From: Desulfosporosinus sp.
Lineage (GTDB): Bacteria; Bacillota; Desulfitobacteriia; Desulfitobacteriales; Desulfitobacteriaceae
Reading direction: 5' to 3'
NCBI GenBank assembly: GCA_031292055.1
Contig: JARLHV010000050.1
Location: 37,369 to 101,368, forward strand
Length of the DNA: 64,000 nt
Below the pieces are notes generated by a model that was not told the DNA's origin, made no database searches, and saw only the letters and a list, made by a program, of their open reading frames with translations. Made by a program: the position numbers and the translations under genes. Positions 59,555 to 64,000 of this stretch are shown one piece after another (the first letter of the stretch is position 1; each line of letters begins with the position of its first letter).

Positions 59555-60493
59555 ATGCATTCAAAGTCAATTAAAATTCTGGGCCTAATTATATTAAGCT
59601 TATTGGTCTTAAGTGGCTGTGGGACTAACAACGAGTCTAAGGCTACGATTAGTCAAACCACAGCTTCAAATCAAGTCACAAACAAGACTGAAAAACCGAT
59701 AACAATAGCTGCCTCCTTCTATCCTATGTATATTTTTGCGTTAAATGTTGCTAAGGACATGCCAAATGTAAATGTTATCGATATGACGAAGCCTATCACC
59801 GGATGCCTTCATGATTATACGGTTACGCCTGACGATATGAAGAATCTGGAGGGAGCGCAATTCTTCATTATAAACGGAGCGGGAATGGAATCCTTTATGA
59901 ATAAGGTTGTAAATCAAATGCCCAATTTAAAAATTATTGATTCCAGTAAAGGAATACAGTTAATTAAAGGTCAAGGCGATGAAGGAGATAATCCTCATCT
60001 TTGGGTAAGTATCTCTAATGCTATTCTACAGGTGGGTAATATTGGAGAGCAACTCTCTTTGCTAGACCCTACTAATGCTGCAAAATATAAGGCCAACACC
60101 AGTGCGTACATTAAAAAGCTCGAAGCAGAAAGAGATAAAATGCACCAAGCCTTGGATGGCGTCAAAAACCGTGATATCATTACGTTCCATGAGGCTTTTC
60201 CCTATTTCGCCAAAGAATTCAATTTAAACATAGTTGGGGTCATTGAACGTGAACCGGGTTCAGAACCCAGTGCTAAAGAATTGGCGGAAACAATAGACAA
60301 GGTAAATAGTCTAAAGGTAAAAGCGCTTTTTGCAGAACCTCAATATTCGACTAAAGCGGCAGATACAATTGCTAAAGAAACTGGTGCTAAAGTTTATACG
60401 CTCGACCCAGTCGTAACAGGCCCTATGGATGCTGATGCCTATATCAATATTATGGACAGTAATCTTAAAACATTACAAGAGGCGCTGAAATGA
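59555..60493 (+). CDS. znuA: Zinc/metal ABC transporter substrate-binding lipoprotein
   Basis: Lipobox LSGC, GCLHDY, NPHLW, TFHEAFPYFA, LDP. Confidence 0.88.
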   Translation: MHSKSIKILGLIILSLLVLSGCGTNNESKATISQTTASNQVTNKTEKPITIAASFYPMYIFALNVAKDMPNVNVIDMTKPITGCLHDYTVTPDDMKNLEGAQFFIINGAGMESFMNKVVNQMPNLKIIDSSKGIQLIKGQGDEGDNPHLWVSISNAILQVGNIGEQLSLLDPTNAAKYKANTSAYIKKLEAERDKMHQALDGVKNRDIITFHEAFPYFAKEFNLNIVGVIEREPGSEPSAKELAETIDKVNSLKVKALFAEPQYSTKAADTIAKETGAKVYTLDPVVTGPMDADAYINIMDSNLKTLQEALK

Positions 60494-61326
60494 ACATGAT
60501 ACAACAAAAATGTAGTCATAGTTGTCAAGGAACATCCTGTAAGTGTGGACTATGTTGTACTCAAATTACAAACTTTGGTATTTCGCGTGGCGGTACAGAA
60601 ATATTACGAAACGTCGATCTCCACATTCACTGTGGGGATTTGACCGCTATCATCGGCCCTAATGGTGCTGGAAAAAGCACTCTCTTAAAGGCTATCCTTG
60701 GAGAGATTTCCCATACTGGCGAACTTTTGTTTCTTGACGCCCAAAACGAAGGGACAACGAGACCGATTATTGGTTATGTCCCACAGAAGCTTGAACTTGA
60801 TTCTAGTTCCCCAACCAGCGTACTTGATTTATTTGCTGCTGCCTATACGAATATCCCTATTTGGTTGACTATTTCCAAAAAGGTGCGGGAGCGTGTTCGA
60901 AAAGGTTTAGCTCGAGTTCAAGGGGAACATTTAATAAATAAGCGCTTAGGAGCCTTATCAGGTGGGGAGTTACAAAGGGTTTTATTAGCACTTGCCCTTG
61001 ATCCAATTCCTCACCTCTTACTTCTGGATGAACCAGTTTCGGGTATTGACCAGAGAGGGTTGGAATTGTTTTATAAAACAGTTTCATTGCTGCGAGAAAA
61101 CTACGACTTATCCATTATCTTGGTTTCTCATGATCTTAATCTGGTTGCGGAGTATGCTAATCGTGTAGCGTTTGTGAATAATAAGACGATTGAATGTGTT
61201 GGAACTCCACAAGAAGTATTCAATGATGAAAAAGTAATACAAACGTTTGGTTTAGATTGGTCGAAACATTATCAAAAGGATGAGAAGGATGAGAAGGACA
61301 GGGTAGATAATGCACATTTGGTATAG
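60490..61326 (+). CDS. znuC: Zinc/metal ABC transporter ATP-binding protein
   Basis: GPNGAGKST, LSGGELQRV, LLDEP, SHDL. Confidence 0.88.
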   Translation: MNMIQQKCSHSCQGTSCKCGLCCTQITNFGISRGGTEILRNVDLHIHCGDLTAIIGPNGAGKSTLLKAILGEISHTGELLFLDAQNEGTTRPIIGYVPQKLELDSSSPTSVLDLFAAAYTNIPIWLTISKKVRERVRKGLARVQGEHLINKRLGALSGGELQRVLLALALDPIPHLLLLDEPVSGIDQRGLELFYKTVSLLRENYDLSIILVSHDLNLVAEYANRVAFVNNKTIECVGTPQEVFNDEKVIQTFGLDWSKHYQKDEKDEKDRVDNAHLV

Positions 61327-62149
61327 TCTGGTAGACTTATTGCTTCCTTTCGGATGGCTCCATCATGATTTTATGAAGAACGCTCTCTTGGGTGTTTTAT
61401 TGGTAACGCCAATTTTCGGATTGTTAGGTACAATGGTCGTTAATAATAAAATGGCCTTCTTTTCTGATTCATTGGGTCACTCTGCCTTAACAGGTATTGC
61501 CATTGGTGTCATATTGGGCATCAAAAATCCTATTTGGTCAATGCTCTTTTTTTCGGTCTTGATTACCATTGCAATTCTAGTGGTTAAAGAAGCAAATACG
61601 GCTTCGACTGATACGATCATCGGGGTGTTTTCTTCTACAGCAATGGCACTTGGAATAGTAATACTTTCGCGCAATGGAGGATTCACTAAATATTCCGTCT
61701 ATCTGATTGGAGATTTGTTGAGTATTAATTCATCCGACTTGCTGACCCTTGGAATTGTATTTGTTGTTGTTATTGTTGTATGGATTGTTATTTTTAATAA
61801 ACTTCTGCTGGCGAGCATGAATCAATCTCTAGCAGCGAGCAGAGGGATTAAGGTTCGACTTTATGAATACCTATTTGCCATGATTATGGCGGTCATTGTA
61901 ACAATTTCAATACAATGGGTTGGCATACTAATTATTAGTTCACTGTTAATTTTACCGGCAGCTTCTTCAAGAAATATTGCCAAAAACATGAGGCAATACC
62001 ATAGTTACTCTGTTTTGATTGCTCTTATTTCCGGAATATCGGGATTGATTTTATCCTACTTTTGGGGAACTGCCACTGGGGCAACGATTGTATTGATCTC
62101 ATCCGTATTTTTTGCAGTTACATTTATAATGAAGTTAAAACTTGGGTGA
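61310..62149 (+). CDS. znuB: Zinc/metal ABC transporter permease
   Basis: MAFFSDSLGHSALTG, YLIGDLL, VGILIISSLLILPA. Confidence 0.88.
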   Translation: MHIWYSLVDLLLPFGWLHHDFMKNALLGVLLVTPIFGLLGTMVVNNKMAFFSDSLGHSALTGIAIGVILGIKNPIWSMLFFSVLITIAILVVKEANTASTDTIIGVFSSTAMALGIVILSRNGGFTKYSVYLIGDLLSINSSDLLTLGIVFVVVIVVWIVIFNKLLLASMNQSLAASRGIKVRLYEYLFAMIMAVIVTISIQWVGILIISSLLILPAASSRNIAKNMRQYHSYSVLIALISGISGLILSYFWGTATGATIVLISSVFFAVTFIMKLKLG

Positions 62150-62371
62150 AGTTTGACCTGCTTTTTCCATGACATGTCATGACATAATGGCCGCTTTCAT
62201 AAATAAGCGAAGGATCACGAAGATTTGACTTAGTAGGGCCAATCTCGTGGTCTTTTTTCAGTACATGCTCCACGCTTGTCCGTTTGGCACTGTCATAGTA
62301 ATCTATAAAGCTGCAATTATGATATAATTACAGAAGCTTAGTAGCTGTAATAGTTATGGGAGTTGACCATT

Positions 62372-64000
62372 ATGAGACAAGGGATAGTTAGATTGAGGTA
62401 TGCCAATGAAAAAATAGAAATGCCTAAGGTTACAAAAAAAATGCTCGCTAGGATATTGGGCTATTTTGTTCCCTATTGGAGAAGGATGCTTCTGGTCATT
62501 GGCTCAATCATAGTGGCTTCAATTCTGGGGCTTGTACCACCGGTCCTTATTAAAAATATAATCGACAAAGCTTTACCACAAAAGGATTTAAAACTTTTAA
62601 GTCTGCTCATCTTCGTTTCCATAGGTGTCACGATCCTGCTTGGACTTTTACAAGTGGCTCAGTCCTATCTCAGTATTTGGATTTCGAAACATATAATTCT
62701 GAACATGAAAAATCAAATGTATGCTCATTTGCAGCACATGTCCCTGAACTTTTATTCTGCGGCCAAGCCTGGAGAGATTATTACTAGAATGACTAGTGAT
62801 ATTGATGGAATTGAAGATATATTTAACTCTACTGTGGTAAATGCTCTAAGTAGCGTGGTAGTTCTTAGCTCGACAGCGCTTGTATTAATAACGATGAACT
62901 GGAAACTCGCTATAGTGGGTATGATCATCTTACCAACATTTATTATCCCCACGAGGAAAGTGGGTAAGGTGAAATGGAAAATCGCTACTAAGAGTCAAGA
63001 AAAAATCAGTGAACTTAATCAGATTATTCAGGAGACCTTGAGCATAAGTGGAGTCATACTTACAAAAATATTTACTAAAGAGAAGGATGAGTATGAACGC
63101 TTCGAACAAACGAATGAAGAGGTTATAAGCCTGCAAATAAAGGAATCAGTTGCAGGTCGATGGTTTAGGATGACAATAACGACTTTTATCTCAATTGGAC
63201 CAATGCTTATTTATTTTTATGGAGGATATTTATTTATTAAGGGCGAGATATCAATAGGAAGCATCATAGCTTTTGTCGCTTTGTTGGGAAGACTCTATTT
63301 GCCAGTCTCGCAATTGTCAAATATTCACATTGATATTACAAGGTCCTTGGCCTTATTTCAAAGAATCTTCGAGTATTTTGATCAGAAGCAGGATATAGAA
63401 GATAAACGAGATGCTACCAGTTTAGAGCCCATAAAAGGTAAAGTGGATTTTGAAAAGGTTTATTTTTCTTATAATAATATGGTACAAGTTTTAGAAGATG
63501 TAAACTTTTCGGTAAAGCCAGGCACCATGGTGGCCTTAGTTGGCTCCAGTGGTGCAGGGAAAACCACAATTACAAATTTAATTCCCAGACTTTATGAAGT
63601 CATCAAAGGTAGTATTAAAATAGATGGTAAGGATATCAGAGATGTAACCTTGGAGTCGTTGCGCAACCAGATCGGTATAGTTATGCAAGAACCCTATTTG
63701 TTTAATGATACTATAGAGGAAAATTTAAGATATGGGAAACAAGATGCCACAGAGGAGGAAATCATCAAGGCTTGTAAAGCAGCCTATATTCATGACTTTA
63801 TAATGACCTTGCCGGATAATTACAAAACGGTGGTCGGAAATAGAGGCATAAAGCTATCGGGCGGAGAAAAACAAAGAGTGTCGATTGCTAGGGTAATCTT
63901 AAAAAATCCAAGAATTATTATTCTTGATGAAGCCACCTCCTCCTTAGATTCGGTATCTGAGCTGTATATCCAAAGAGCTATGGTGCCTTTGTTAAGGGAT
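62372..64000 (+). CDS. Fused ABC exporter (TMD + NBD), 3'-truncated by window edge (absent from ORF track)
   Basis: Open frame from ATG 62372 to the window end; TM domain, GSSGAGKTT, LSGGEKQRVSIAR, IIILDEATSSLD. Confidence 0.92.
   Translation, partial: MRQGIVRLRYANEKIEMPKVTKKMLARILGYFVPYWRRMLLVIGSIIVASILGLVPPVLIKNIIDKALPQKDLKLLSLLIFVSIGVTILLGLLQVAQSYLSIWISKHIILNMKNQMYAHLQHMSLNFYSAAKPGEIITRMTSDIDGIEDIFNSTVVNALSSVVVLSSTALVLITMNWKLAIVGMIILPTFIIPTRKVGKVKWKIATKSQEKISELNQIIQETLSISGVILTKIFTKEKDEYERFEQTNEEVISLQIKESVAGRWFRMTITTFISIGPMLIYFYGGYLFIKGEISIGSIIAFVALLGRLYLPVSQLSNIHIDITRSLALFQRIFEYFDQKQDIEDKRDATSLEPIKGKVDFEKVYFSYNNMVQVLEDVNFSVKPGTMVALVGSSGAGKTTITNLIPRLYEVIKGSIKIDGKDIRDVTLESLRNQIGIVMQEPYLFNDTIEENLRYGKQDATEEEIIKACKAAYIHDFIMTLPDNYKTVVGNRGIKLSGGEKQRVSIARVILKNPRIIILDEATSSLDSVSELYIQRAMVPLLRD

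Overview
Chromosomal window of a spore-forming anaerobic Firmicute, most likely Desulfosporosinus or a close Peptococcaceae relative (inferred from gene content and order, not from a database search). It has four parts. (1) 1-18.4 kb is conserved core next to the replication origin: livGF, a stand-alone tRNA-Sec, ychF-rpsF-ssb-rpsR, yybS-rplI-lonC-dnaB, purB-purA and tRNA-Lys/Glu/Phe. (2) A tRNA-Gly(CCC) at 19291 is an integration hotspot: its 3' half recurs at 34734 and 47384, delimiting two tandem tyrosine-integrase elements of about 15.4 kb and 12.6 kb. Element 1 carries an SF2-helicase-like ORF, antirepressor genes, two CWB2 surface proteins with a thrice-repeated structured leader, a second recombinase and an ADP-ribosyltransferase/antitoxin/SecB (TAC-like) triad. 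Element 2 carries an ImmA/ImmR-type switch, an Mrr-like nuclease and two candidate defence modules (nucleoid-associated protein + small alarmone synthetase; SF2 helicase + 108-aa protein). Each of these two modules is followed by a copy of the same unannotated ~115-nt small RNA with its own promoter and terminator. (3) Beyond the third att copy lies a decayed mosaic: an integrase remnant, a truncated padR-DUF1048-ABC operon, an arsR/arsC cluster containing the mercury-methylation genes hgcA-hgcB, and an MNT-HEPN pair. (4) The window ends with yhaM, a Fur/Zur regulator, znuACB and a partial ABC exporter. All family assignments come from visual motif recognition; no searches or folding programs were run.
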